NCBI GenBank assembly: GCA_030141605.1
Contig: JAQGDQ010000009.1
Location: 1,178,001 to 1,242,000, forward strand
Reading direction: 5' to 3'
Length of the DNA stretch: 64,000 nucleotides
From: Tubiluchus corallicola
Lineage: Eukaryota; Animalia; Priapulida
Shown: piece after piece, positions 12,472-26,965 of the stretch
Position numbering within the stretch: the first letter of the stretch is position 1
How the letters are laid out: the number at the start of each line of letters is the position of its first letter
The notes under the pieces: model-generated
Seen by the model: the letters and a program-made list of their open reading frames with translations, nothing else
The model's database searches: none
What the model was told of the DNA's origin: nothing
Position numbers and translations under genes: made by a program

Positions 12472-13209
12472 TGCACAAACTTTCTACATAGGCTTTCTAC
12501 ATACTATTTTCCTTTAATAAAGGTACATACTGAGGCAGCAGTATATAGCCAAGGTAATGGTACCAATGAAACTAACCCGTTTATGTCGGTTATTTTAAAG
12601 TTGTTTTTAAAAAGACCCATTCCAACTTGAAGCCCACTTTTCCATCTTAGAGTTTTACAGAGAATTATAATACTCCCTCCATGACCAGTAGAAAATAGGA
12701 AACCCTGTGAGAATGGTTTTTTACACCATATGTGGTTAAAATTTCAGAAAACAAATCGAGTGGGTACTTTTGTTAAAATGCTGATGCTAGGAAGCCAATT
12801 ATGAACAATTGATTAGTGTCCAGCAGTTATTTAAGTCTCTCTTGGCAAACACTAAATGGTGTTTGACAAGGGTTGTCTTCTTAGTCAAACAGATTAAAAT
12901 ATCATACTGGTTGGACGACAGACACCAATTAGTTTTTTGAACTGGTAAGGATAAAACCCATTCCATGCTTGTGGATTATGTCCAGAATGATGTACCAAGG
13001 AATAATTGTCCAAGCACAGTGTTGAACCAGCACCAATCATAAAAATGTTGTAAAGATTAAACTTTGAGAAATTCTAGATTCTGATATAAAAAATTCTTTG
13101 CAGCACGGAAATTATCTAAAGTTTTCTGCAGTACTTTTATTACGTTTTCTTCTAGTATGAGTCTATCCATGCCTGTGAATTTGATGTGTGTGCATACATA
13201 TGAGTGATC

Positions 13210-16200
13210 ATGTCAGATAGTCTTACGGATCCTGCTTCTTTCATGAAGCAGTGTAAAGCTGCATTTATTGCTGTGCAGCCATCAACGAAAGAGAATCTTA
13301 TTTCAAAGGATGAACTGTGTAGAGGTAAAGGATTTTATAACTGCTAGTGTTTCTTATTATTAATTACAAATTTATTCATTTTATGTACAAATTACGATTG
13401 CAAGTCAGTCAATTATACTGTGCACTACAATCTGGATGTTATATATTGGAATAGTTTAAGGTAAACTTGTCAGAAATGGTAAATCATGTGACGAAATTGG
13501 CAGAGATTAGAAAAAATTGTATTGAATTTTATCTTGTTCAGAAAGCAGAGTGGTGAATCAAAAATGCAGATCTCAACATTCACTGAATTTATTGTGTCGA
13601 AATTGGCTCGGTGTTGATGTAAAATGTGAAACGTTTGACCTGTGAGCTTATTGTTCACTTTATACTGGGACTAGGTAAACTTTGTCGATTATGTAGGGTC
13701 CTTTTATTTGTCCAGAGTGGTTTAGACCCAGAAATCAAATTGATGGTGGTGTATCACGGCTGTTACTTGAACTTAATCAAGAATGGAATGGTAGCGAGTT
13801 TGTGATTTTGACAAAAAAAGTCCTCTAATGACGAATATCTAGAACAATCGGTTAATGTTTCTTTAACATTACATTTAGCGTTACAACTGGCAGGACGTAA
13901 CCCATCAAAAAAAGAAGTCAGTCGACTTTTTCAGGAAGCAAAAGGTTAGTAGACAGTATTAATATAACTATTACTTCATCTTATAAATTGTAGTGAGATT
14001 TGTGCAGGTATGTATTTAATAGAAATATCGATCCATTATTAGCTTAAGTGACTACTGCTCAGGCACTAAATTATTTTGTATTTATACAGATTTTATTAAT
14101 GAATAAAAGTGCTGTTTCAGCATCTCTCTTGTAGGTTAAATTGCTGTAAAACTAAACTGCCCGGTAAAACTATACTGTGTTTTTCTATTGCAGAGAGTGT
14201 TTCTTTCAGTAAATTTTGCACTATAATGCGTTCTGTGCCTGTTATAAGTGAGAATGAGTTATTGAAAGCTTTCCGGCGGATGGATGTTAATAACGATGGA
14301 GTAATTAGCCATGATGAATTTATACACGTCATGACAACGGTATTATACGTATATACTTTGTATTAACATTTTTTGTTTAGTCTGTTTAAATATAAACATT
14401 GATCGAAGAACGCAGCGAGGGATATTGTCAGAGACGGGGAACAATTGCACCTTGGTCATTATTTTTTCCTTTCATTAGTTAGTTGATTGATGTGTTTCTG
14501 ATTTTCATGCTTGTTTAATCCATTATTCTCGGGCTGGAACAAAAAGACTTCAGAAATGGAGATACTGGCGCATACGAAATTATAGTCTACAGTTTTGGAC
14601 GTGATTTATATCCTTAAATTCGCATTTTTTACAGCTACATCTAGTTAATAAACCCCAAGGACACAACCAATTATTATTAATCGAGATTTTTCTTCTTATT
14701 ACAAGATCTATTATTAGATCTGAAGATGATGGCGTGGCATATGTTAGTATAAATAATATAAATAAAAATTAGAAAAAAACTGACATGCATAGCGTGCGGT
14801 CTCTAATTAAGGTAGCCTTCTACTGATTGATTATCACTTCGAACTTTACTTTACATATAATTAAGTATCTTTCCCCCAATCATTACTTCAATTTATTTAA
14901 GAAATATGGGGCTTTTGGCTTCCTTAATTTATACCCACCATAAAACTACCACACAGGTTTTAATAATTATTAGAATTTTGTATCCCTTCGGAGCTTATGC
15001 ATCCCGCTTGCCTTGGAACTTATTCTTTATAATTTTGAGGTTATTCATTGCAATTACTATCCTAAAAATTCTATTCCTTGCTTTTATGCACTTTCATAGT
15101 CTCCCACTTAAACTCAAGTTTGTTTTTCTGTACTGCACACTAAGTCTTATTCTACATTTGTCTACATTTTTTTCTAAAAATGTTATTACAGCATATGGTA
15201 AGCTTAGGAAAAAATATTAGGAAAACATGATTCCTAATTTAATACCTGTTTTAGACTGGTGAACAAATGACGGTCAGCGAAATAAAGCAGGTATACCAAA
15301 GAGCGGATTTAAATAAAGACAAAGTGCTGGATTACAAAGAGGTATGTAGAACTACAGTTAACATTTACTGAGACTGTTATGAATGAGAATTGAGCTAGTC
15401 ATCTTTCGGTAAGGTGTTGCTGTTAATATTTAAATTATTATGTAAGAAAAAACATTTGTACGAAAACCATTATCTGAGGTTAAGCTTAAAATTTTAGTTT
15501 TGCACCATGATGGAAAACATTGCTAAAGAATGTCAGAAGAGAACCATGGAATTGTATGAACATCCAGAGAGACAAAAAAACTTTACAGTTGAATCAAATA
15601 CTGAGAGACAGTCACCTCAGTCGGTAACAACTCCAGAACCTAAACCTCGCCGGGGATCAAAAACAGGTGAGGGATTGATTGTTTGCAGTAGCAATTTGTA
15701 ATATTACTACCCTATAACATGGTTTGCCTATTTAGTTCAATAATGTCTGTAAAATACTGTTTATTACTACCAGCAAATGGTACATAATTCGGTTACTTTC
15801 TGTTGTGATTGTTAAATAAATTTGTAGGCAATATACTGATGCTTTTTGTGCAGTTCAAATAAGTAAATAAGTCATAGTTTGGACCAGCATAGAAAGTTAA
15901 ATGACCATACGTTTCATTTCCATTTTTGCTAAATAAAAGAGTCGATCCTTTGATTTGCAAAACCATACAAAGCTGAAGTTGCCAAATGCAGTACTTCTGA
16001 TAATATTTAGAGATTGGTCAATTAATGGAGTTTACCCACGTTGCTTGTTGTCCGAATAAGGTTTGACTGTATGGATGGGTGCTCGTGTACTTGAGTGTTG
16101 ACAGTTTGGTCACCAGGTATTGCACTGCAGGATGTTGCGTCATGAAGCAGAAGTGAAGTCTGATATGAGGTGTGAGTCTCGTATGAACGTGGGTGTTTGC

Positions 16201-19200
16201 ATTATTTAATTATTTCATATAAGGTGTGGTAAAGTGCCAATCGTTAATAATTTGCATTATATCACTACATAAATTAAATAAATTAAATGTAAATGAATTT
16301 GAACCATTCCTGTGCCATTACATCGTGGACAAGTTGTTAAAAAGCTAATTTTGTAGGGGCAAGTAGAATTACACCAAGAAAATTACAAGACTCTAGTGAA
16401 GTTGTGGAAAGGCAGTATCCTGCTCCTGCAAGTCAAAAAGTAAAAGTTCCTGTGCCTAGAAATTTGAAGGTATGCATACACGTGCTTGCCCTGTAAACGG
16501 CTTTCGTGATATTTTAATTGCAAAATTGTTCACTGAGCATCATGCTAACGTACTGTTTGAACTTTGTAGTGTTAAACAGTTATGCTTCTTCGTAAACAAT
16601 TATTTTTGTCAAATTGTAGTCATGTTCTCTCACTGAGCATAGCTGAATGTTACAGTTTATTAAATAGTTTCTAAATTCTGCATTATTATTTTTAAGCTCA
16701 TAATTTAACTAAATTCACACTCATCGGAAACATTTGTAATAATTGCTTTTTTAACAATAAGGACTGGTACCATCTGCATAGTAAAGGTGTATTTTACTTG
16801 GACGAAGGTGGGCGTATTTCAAATCACAGGTATCTGCTGAAACTGCCACGTTCGTCAAGCGCATGGCTCACTATACAACCTTACCATGTTGGCAGTCGAG
16901 CAGGTAGGTAGAAAAATTTACGTATAATTGTTTGAAAATTGTGAAAATGAATTTTCTAGCAACTTGTAAAGATTATGAAGAATTAGTTGGATAATTGATA
17001 TGAATATCGTACATTTTTCACAATGGAACTGTAATGAACACTTCCATAGCACTCCAGTGTTAATTACTAAACTCACCAAAAGTAGAGTATTGAAAATTTT
17101 ATCATAACTTGGAATTCCTGCATGGTTTATTACTTTTATCATCAAAGACATTACAAACAAAAGAACTAATAATAAAGAGTATAGTTGCACAAAGGTAATG
17201 CTATAAGCTGTATCATGTTGCAGGAGCTCATAATTAAGCACTGAATGATTATAACAAGTTTCAAAACAAAAAATTTCGATACTGTTGATACTTTTGTCTG
17301 TGATATAACAACATTTACAATGTGCTGCCATTTGTAAAATGGATTCTTTTGTACTAGCACACTGCTAGACAAGTATAGTGATAGCATTAAAAGCTATTTC
17401 GAAAATTAAATTTAACTCTGTCATATACCATGCTTTTAACTTACATGTGAAGTAGATGAAATTAAAAAAGTTAATTCTGAAAGTTTGGTTGGTTAGCATT
17501 TCATCTAATGATTTAGATTTTAGGTAAGAAACTAGCTGCAGCTTCAGTATCCAAAAGTTTGCTCTTATTTAACTTTATATTACTGCTACCTGCAACACTT
17601 ATTTACAGTCGAAATTCACACGTGATATTGTATTTTGTGTTTCTGTCAGGTTCCAGCTTGACACGCAGTTTTAACTCCACTTATGCCAGTTCTAGTGGCA
17701 ACATTCCTGTGAATCCAATAGATACTGCCTTATTTCTATGGAGGTACGACGAAGAAGCTGCTGATAAAGCTCTGGTTACTTTTACCGAAAGCCGAGACCA
17801 AAAGGTAACTGTTGAAATCGCTTGCTATAGCTTCTTGTTTAATGCTTTTTTCTGTCAGTAATATGACATCATTCATCACCAATGTGACTAATTGTAAAAT
17901 GTGAGCTACTTTGTATTTTATGTGGTACACATGTATTTCAATGGAATCACTTTTACACAGTATTATGATTTGTATTTTGACATGTTTGCAAAGTTGTACT
18001 GCTCTAATAAGTGTATATTATCTAAAGTACCTTTATCATTTGTGTCTAATGGCATGTCTATGTCAATTTACTGTTTTAGCAACAGCACTTTTTCGTAAGA
18101 AATATGAACTTTAAGTATAGTTCTGTAAGTCTTTACTTTTGAGAAGTGTAATTCATGAAATTAGCTACATAGCTAACAAATAGCTAAATAACTTCTCTGA
18201 AGGACATTTATGCATTTTATTGTCAGTACTGTGACATGAGCATTTTGATTAATGGATTCGCTCTATGATTATTTCACCTGGATGCAGGAACAAATGAAAT
18301 TCTTTTACGCAAATTTGTTTGAATGGACAGGTGTGATATTATGGTCTCGTCTTTGGACGTATTTAGAAAGCCCTAGTGCACATGTGGTTGTGTTTTATCC
18401 AGAGCTTTTTTCTCATCTGTGCATATGGGCAGAATTCCGTCTGTGACAGTTTACTGTTGTAGCAGCAGATATTGTAAATTGTGTTTGTAACAATGTAAAG
18501 TTTCATTTGAACTTACTTTTACAGCTTATAAATAGGTTTTTGTTATCAAAGTAGTCACGCTGCCTTTTTTGTATCAAATGCAACTATTACTATTAATCGA
18601 TGCTTTAATTAGCTTTTTTAATTTATATTTTTTTGTGCAGGGTATGTATTTTGTTCGGGCAGATCTGGAAGCTGGCAAGTATTTGTTGCTTCCTTTCAGT
18701 ACTGGTTGTCGACTCCGACTCCGTCAGCAACAACCGAAGGAAGAGACTCGGCTCTTACGCAAGGATAGGGACAATCGTATGCAGCTTACAAAGGCATTCA
18801 GGTACATAAAGCTAAAAATCATTTTGAAACTTTGTATCTCTTGCTGATTGTATGTAGCACTTGCGTTAGCATCAACTCTATAAAACTTGAAAACTTGAAC
18901 TCCCACGATGATTGTTGGGCACAACCATTTTAACAGCATGTTGTTTGAAACAAGTTTAGATATCATTTCCTAAAAGTTTGAAAAAATAATCAAAGCATTC
19001 GTAGGAATACTCATCACTAATTAGCAAAAGTCTTAATTACTGTATCTTGTCAATAAGATGAAATGCCATTTATGGTGAATCAGTAATGCACACTGGATCA
19101 GTGACATTTTACCAGTTGGTACAAACTTTTTAAATGACTAAGAATTTTCTTTTCTAATTACAGAACTATTTCAAACAGATAAATGTAATGCTAGGTAATG

Positions 19201-20923
19201 TAACTTTGTGTGGGAAGTTTTTGGGACATACTTAAAAAATTGCCTTTTCTTTCTTTTTAATCATGTGTGATGCTAAAGCTTCAAATTCACTTCAGGTAGA
19301 ATCATGATCAATAATCACTAACAAATCGTCCTCAAAACTGAAACATAACCAAGAATTTCTTTAGACATTGACAACAAAAAAGTTATAAAAAATGAAAATT
19401 TGTCCACGTTAAACTAATAAATTGCAATGTTTCTTGTTTGTTACGTCTTATTGGCTTACATCTTTAATATGTATAAGTAAACAAGCATATAGTGCTCTCC
19501 ATTATCGAGACTAACTTTGAACTGAAGCTGCCCAGCTTGTCTGAGTTTTTGGTCACCTGAATACTGACCTTACTTGCAACCTTAACGTAAACCTCACTTG
19601 CAAACCTGAAACGTGTTGGGCAAATTCTAAAGTGCAATGGTAATTTATTGGTAAAGACATCCAGTTTTTATGTTCTTAACTGTACAATACTTATTTAATG
19701 CTTAATAAATGTGCTTCCTTTTTTGTAAATGCACTTGCATCGTAAATGTCCTTTATTGTTATTACATAAAACACTAATTCGTCCCGCTTTCATGTGATAC
19801 AGTATTTTGCTGATTGTGCTAGTCTGTACTTTATACCTATACCTGCTTTGCTACATTGTTTTTACTACTAGATCTAGTAGTGGTTAATTATAACTGTAGC
19901 AGTCTGAATAGTGGCGGTTTTGGTATTTTTAGGCAAGCATTGTCAGAGATATTTGATATGGTGGATTTAGATGGAAATGAGCTGCTAAGCAGGGAAGAGT
20001 TTAACCTGTTTAATTTGAAAACTAGTGGAGAAGAAGTTGCAGACGATGAATGGAATGTTGTGGAAGGTACATTAGCTTATTGAAAATATTTTTATTTAAT
20101 AATTATATTAACAGAATTTTATGTAACATTGTTTATGTAACGTGGATTTCACTTGTGGATTAAACTGCTGTCTGTAAATTAAAAATGAGTTGTTACACTG
20201 AATGTGAATTTTGTGTTATGTATGTGTTAGATTGCCTTGAACACAGTAATCACAAGTACAAGTTGTTTATCCTGTTAACAAATTATTCTAGTAGTTGGTA
20301 CTCATATAGATAATTCTAGCTATAAGAAAACAATATTTTTTCTGTACAGAAAACGTTCAAATGGAAGGGGATGAACTCACTCTTGAAGGTTTCTTGGAAT
20401 TACATCAAATGGAAGCTGATGATAGTGATGGTGACACTGAAGATTTGTGGATTACTCTTGCTACTATGGGTTACAGCAAGAGCTTAGAACTCGATGAGGT
20501 CAGACACGTTAAGTATAAACACATAAGGAATAATTCTTCGACAAGTCATTAAATAAAAATTATTTTCATTTGGTAATTGGATAGTTGGGTCCTAGTTAAT
20601 GCGACTCCACTGCACTAAACTTGAAACACTTGTTATCTTTTTCTGCTCATCAAATTGCATAAAATTTCATGTAACAGTTTGAAACAAGTTGAATGTTATT
20701 GTACATTGTAGATTATCTGAGCCAATTAGAGAAAGGTATGTTGTGCATTTAAACAGAGTGTAAGAGCCTGAACTTTGTGGTAAATTCTTGTCAGCAATTT
20801 TGAAAATTTATGTTTAAGTGGCTGTGTTGTTATTTGTTATTAACATTTATATTTTTCTAAATCTGTGCCAATTTTTGTAATGTTGTTTATGAACTATAAA
20901 GTTATTATTGTTAATAAAATTCT

Positions 20924-20963
<40 letters not shown>

Positions 20964-22545
20964 CTGCTACTGCTACTATTACTAACTCAGTGATAGCCTT
21001 TGAACTAATGTTGTTTATGTTTAAACATTTAGGCCTGTCCATATAAGATGGATGTATACCTAGATGACTGTAAAGGTGATTTGGTTACTGAAAGCATACG
21101 TCCAACTGATGCGCTGATGCAACAAGCATTGTCTCATTCTATAAAAGTCAAAGGCAGCAGCAACTACATTGAAGGTGACCATTCGATTGTCCTGCACACG
21201 TTTTCTTGTCCAACCCGAGTGTCTTACGTTGTTGAAAATAAGGTGAGATTTCATATAATAGTCCATTTTTTCATTTCTAAGTCAGCATGAGGATAAGGTA
21301 TGAAAGTCATCAATTGATTGTTGCTCTAAACTGACATTGCTCTCCTTTTTGTTATAATTATACTTGCTATATAGGGATATAATGTACATATTTCATCCCT
21401 CATGCATGATTTGAATTGAGGAGTGGTTTCATCTTTTGCTCTTCATAGTATGAAGAAATACAATAATGAAATCCAGCACCTTGTTGTGTCAGTCAAGCAT
21501 TGATCCTTTTCTTGACGATTAGTAAAGACAAATCAACTGTATTTAAAAAGTTGCTAAACGCCAGTAGAAACGGAACAAAAAGGATGTACACGTGCTTCCT
21601 AACATAGCAATGATTTTTTGTGGCACACACACTTGATATTTATTTCTTTTCGTAGTCGCATCACACTATGAAAGTGGAGTTAGATTGCAGTAGAAGTGAA
21701 AACTGTGTGAGCAGCCAACATTCGTCCTTGATTACCCAGATTGCCCTATCGGCAAAATCAATGAAGGTAAGTTGAAGTCACATGTTGTAACTTTTGTGTG
21801 TATGCTCACTAAACCTGCAAACGGTGAAAACTACCGAGTATGTATACGAATTATAATTGCCATCAGCGTGTTTGTTCTTGAACTAAGTTATTTTTAACAA
21901 ATCAAGTATGTGTATTTACAGCATTGCATGTATTAGTTTATTGTGTTTTTATTATTTAGTGAATTGCATTATGCCACTTGATTAGGCTTCCAAGGTTTAT
22001 TGTAGGTTATTTTTTCTGCAACAAGGGTAAATTTAAAAAAAAGCCAGCTAACATGGTCCGTAATAATATAGCATTTGCTCACTTTTTGATTTTTGTCTAC
22101 ATCAAATAATCAATAGAAGCAATACCAGCCCTGGGATGAAAACACACCCCACTGAGTTTTAATCAATATTATAATCAGAGTAAGTGATATGCTTTGCATC
22201 AAATTGCTTTTAGCACACAGATAACCATTGAAAAACAGAAGGGGACAGGTACCCTGTGGCTTCATGACAAAATGATACGCTTAACTAAATGAAAATGTTT
22301 GAGGTGTCTTTAAATCTTTTTTCCAGTGGGTAAGGGTTAAACAAAGCACTTTTTAGGCATTCATAATTTCTATAATATTATTCACTAGTTACTACGTACT
22401 TTAAAAAACATAACATATCCTGAATGTTCCTGAATCAACTTTATGGTTTTAACTTAATGCCTGCATTTAGGTGGCCCTGCATCTTATGCCTTCAGATGAA
22501 ACTTTAGACTGGACAGCTGTTTGTGAAGCAAGCATCATCAAGTAA
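13210..22545 (+). CDS. EFCAB7: EF-hand calcium-binding domain protein 7 (ciliary EvC-zone component), ~610 aa, 14 coding exons
   Basis: Exons 13210-13324, 13879-13944, 14194-14339, 15255-15341, 15498-15666, 16357-16469, 16762-16903, 17650-17804, 18641-18801, 19933-20066, 20350-20498, 21033-21242, 21656-21766, 22471-22545 splice in frame (1833 nt). Motifs CKAAF...ISKDEL..ALQLAGRNPS, EF-hands DVNNDGVIS and DLDGNELLSREEFN, YLLLPFSTGCRL, ADDEW, LTLEGFLELH, DLWITL..MGY. Confidence 0.92.
20923..20977. repeat. (CTG/CTA)n trinucleotide microsatellite, intronic
   Basis: ctactgctgctg...ctactgctact seen directly. Confidence 0.9.
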
Positions 22546-23846
22546 ACAAGAAAGTACTGTGGCACTAAACTGTGATATTTCTTACATTGTATCTATTTGC
22601 AAAGTTACCCTGGCATTGTCCTGATTTATTTATTTTTATTTTTTTATTTGCTTATTTAAATTTATATTACTTAAAGTACTTATTTCTATTGAAAAATCAG
22701 CACTAAAGTACATTGTCCTATGTTGCTAATGTATGGCATTTGCTTGTTCACTTTCACAATGGCACTTACGTTGAAAACTATAAAGGAACTATTGTCACTC
22801 TCTAAAGTTTCTAAACTTTAAAGTCACTGAGTTAGCCACTGTAGTTGTTTCATTGTAGCTGTTGATGAATATAATGGATGTTTCAGTTAAAAATTGTACT
22901 TGATTAAGTTACTGCCCGTGCAGTGTGTTGCTGTAAAACTTTTTTCAAAATCATTGGATAGCTAGTGTTTTACAAATCACAATGTCAATACTATTGTATC
23001 CTGCAAGCTAGAACGCTAAAAACAAGAAGTTTTGTCAGGACATTTGGTGTATAATGCTGTTTATATATTGAAATTTCAACATCTGCATCCAAAACTTGTT
23101 AAACAATCTGTATTTAGACATTGTTCTTGCTGTTTAGCGGCACTTCATCACTGTTGTGAGTGAATAAATGTAAACATGTAACTGATGGTGTAATTTTTTG
23201 TCTTTCTGTTGTCCACGATCGCTGAAGTCCAAGTTGTCTGGTTACGGATGACTCCAACACTAGATTTACAAATGTAGTTGCTATACTCTATGCCTGCAGT
23301 AAGGCTGAGACATGTTGACAATGTACGTGTTCTCACATATTAAAGGCTAGAGTAGGTTCGGATTAGACTGTAGCACTGCTTCGCTTAGTCATTTATTAAA
23401 AAATTAATGGTATTACAGTGTACTTGATATCACATTTGTAAGGCTGTTTAAGGTAGTTTTGTGAAAAAAGTGTTGCGTAACTTGATTACTATTTTAGCTT
23501 GCCATTCTAATGGTGAAAAGTAAAAAGTAGAAAAAGTCTTGATGGTGAAATGCAATTCATTTTTTTTTGCTTTTGTATAAATTCTTGCTATAGAATTATT
23601 GGTCTTTTTGTAGAATTATGGTTGCCGTTAGTAAAGCTGTAATTTTTGTATTCAGACTGTGTAGGAGTAAAAACACAAGTGTTCTTACTGCATTCTTCAC
23701 GCAGGTGAAGTCAGTACGTGCAAACTGACAAAACTTGACAAGTTACGTTAGGCTACAGGTGTTAAAAATTCAAAGCGATGTCAGCACGCTTGTTGACGAA
23801 ATGTGAATTATCAATTTTGAGAAAAAACTGGGTTCAACTTCAGAAT

Positions 23847-26800
23847 ATGAGAAAGATGTCAAGTTTCCATTTGATCATTGTACGTCAGTAAGTATTTCAC
23901 GGTTTTTACAAGTATGGTTGCTTTTCTTTTCAGGTACACATAATTTTTCCCCAAGGCTAGGCCACATATTATACTGCAGAATAAATCTGACTAAAAAATT
24001 GAACTATGCCTGTATTCTGCATCAGATGACATCGCATTAATGCCTAGTAATTAATTTATAGTTCCCTAAACCATCACCTGGTTATGTGTAGCCAAGCATG
24101 TCTTTTACAACCATTTATATGTGCACAAACGTATTTATGTATAGGTCTATGTTTTTAAAACAGTTGATTATGTAAAATTGCTCTTAAAATTTTGTCTCTT
24201 TTGCAAATTGTGATTTGTTAGTATTTTTCTACGGTTCAGTTTTTGCCTTGTTGTTTTTCTTGCTTTACTTCTAAATTACGTCCATATCATGAGTTGATGG
24301 AACTGCTGTTGCATGTACTACATACAACTTGTTAAATATATGTATTACCATTACATGTGTTCATCGTAATTATTGTCTTGGACATTTCAGTGGGGAAACT
24401 GATGACAATGCACTATACAAGGTGCAAGGTAAACTAATACTTTATACGTAATATACCTAATATTTTACGTAAATGTACTGTTTTCACATTTTTTACAAAT
24501 ACATACACAAAAAGAAGTGCTAATATTTGCTAATGTGAGTAACTTATTTAAATTAGGCAAATAGCCAAGTTGTTAACAATTTTTCAATATCGCCATGCAA
24601 TACTAGGCAAAAAATACTTTGTGTGTTCTATTTGCAGGACATTTGGACAGCAAGTTGTCACTAGTCGGGCGAAAACAATCTGAAGCTGTAGCTGAGACGT
24701 TGAAAAATGAAGTAATAAATCATGCATACTCAAGCGATCTGTCTCGTGCCATGGATGTGGGTAGTAGATTTGTCTAATATTTTTTTATTTGGGCAGGCAT
24801 AATTAGAGTCATCTCAGACAAAAAATTGCTTAGTGCTTAATTGTATAAAGAATTAACATTATTGGCTTCGATTTCCCAGCAAAAACAGCTAACTGAAACA
24901 TTGAATTGAACTTCAGAAAGTCCTCTTAAACTTCTAGTTGAAAGTAAAACAACATCTCTCAGTGGACTGTTATTGAGCGCTGCAGATTAGAGCAAAATTT
25001 GGTTGCAATTTAATGGGTGCAAGCTAAAGATTGACAGAATTGTCTGCATATTTACCGGTTGAAGAATCACAAATCAGTATCAGAAGGGAATCAGTACTAA
25101 AATTCAATTGGCATCATAAGTGATCAGCATCTACAGTTTAAATAAAGATTATTGTGAATGAAGATTTGCTAGACGATATATAGTACAAATGAAAATTAAA
25201 AGAGAGAAACGTGTGATATGATATGATATAGATTATGATATACTTAAATGTAGTTTTTTTTGACAGACTGCAAATGAAATAATGTCAAAAAACATCTCAC
25301 AGTGTAAGCTTGTGGCTGAACCTTTGTTACGTGAGAGGGTAAGTTCTAAATTTGGATCTCATTTCTATTGTTGTCTTTTTTTAAATAAAAGTCTTGTGTA
25401 ATTAAGGACATTTACTACGTTTCAATTTCTTTTGAAAAGTAAGAGTATGGGTTACTCTAGATTTCATTTGCAACTGTTGTACTGCAGGTTTTATGTTTAA
25501 AAATCCTCTCATCTGCAGTGTAGGTGCTACAAAATGAACAGCTTTCATTTCTATTACAGTCATGGGGCATCTTTCAAGGTAAAACCTATGCTGAGTTAAA
25601 AGCAGCAAAAGGAGCCAAAACTATTGAAGAATTCACACCAGAAGGTGCAGAGTCAATGAAGCAGGTAAAAATGGTGTGTTGTAAACTTACACATTGCACA
25701 TAAGCTTATATAAGGATGATTTTTTGAAGTGAATAAGAACCACACTTTTGTGCTTTTGTAGTTTTCACAAAGAGCCAAAAAATTTCTCAATCAGCTGTGT
25801 GTAAAGTTTGCTACAAACTACACCGAAACAAAGCCAGTTGACAAGGCTACACCAGACTATGACTGTAACAAAAACCTTGAAGATAAAAAAGAAACCACAA
25901 CTGGAAGTAACTCAACGTTGGAGCAGCATAATGGCGACACCAGTAAGAATGTGGTGTTGGTTGTCACTCATGGTGGATTCATTCGTGAACTGATACAACA
26001 TCTTAGAGCTGAATTTAACTGCAGGTTTCCAGAGAACAAAGATAGACATGCTTTAAATATCAGCCCTAATACTGGTAAGCAAATGTTAGATGTACGTATT
26101 ACTAATATATAAATTTAAATATTATTATATTTGTTAAATTAAAGGCTAACCGACACACTTTGGACGGTTTTTCAGAATCAATAGCCAGTGTGGCTGTGAT
26201 TAAGAAACCATTTTTCCGCTAGAGGTGCTTTTTAAGGGAGAAAATCGCCTCCAAAAGTGGTGTTACTCCAACGTAGCCATGTTTACAGAAATTTTTCTGC
26301 ATTTTACATGTATTCGATATAGGCTTGAAAGCTTAGAATTGCCCTGAAGAGTTTTGAGATGTACATTGAGTTTTGATATAGGTTTATTTTATCAACGAAC
26401 CCAAGAATTGTTGATGGCATTGCTTCTTTCATAAGTTTGCGTACTTTAGTATTTACATAACTTAAATTCAAAAGATTTTAAAGTCAAGATTGAGCTGATG
26501 AACTAAGCTGTCAAATAATGTTTTATTTGGTTAGATCAGTCTTTAATTCAAAGAATGCGGACTTAGTTTTTTTCAGAGAGGATAATTAATTTTATGCTGT
26601 TATGGTGACAGCAGGGATGTTTTAATGTACTAAAACAAAACTTTGGGTAACAGAAGCAATTTAAAAAAAAAGATTGGTCATGAGTAATCAAACTGAGTCA
26701 ATTGCATTTCCCTATATTTGAAAATAAGGGTGTTTTTCTTTCATTTTGATATAAGCCTACTTTTGCTATTTTGTCTGTGTTATTGGAAAAAGGATAATAA

Positions 26801-26965
26801 TCATATTCATATTTAGGTGTAAGTAAATTCTCAATCAAACATCCAGTGCCAGGAAGGGATTCTTCCAGAAGGAAGGAAGCTGTGTGCATTCTTCTACATG
26901 ATGCTCAACACTTAACAGATGCTTCCTTAGTACCAAGAAGCACTAGTGTCTACAATGCTGTATAA
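23847..26965 (+). CDS. TIGAR: TIGAR-type histidine phosphatase (fructose-2,6-bisphosphatase), ~278 aa, 7 exons
   Basis: Exons 23847-23887, 24391-24428, 24638-24756, 25267-25338, 25560-25664, 25762-26074, 26817-26965 (837 nt, in frame). Catalytic motifs IVRHGET, YSSDLSRA, LLRER.WG, FTPEGAES, VLVVTHGGFIR, SPNTGVSKF and C-terminal C..L.D..HL. Confidence 0.88.
26143..26542. mobile_element. Possible TTAA-flanked (Kolobok-like) MITE in last TIGAR intron
   Basis: ttaa|aggctaacc ... gatcagtct|ttaa; termini only ~8/14 identical. Confidence 0.25.
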
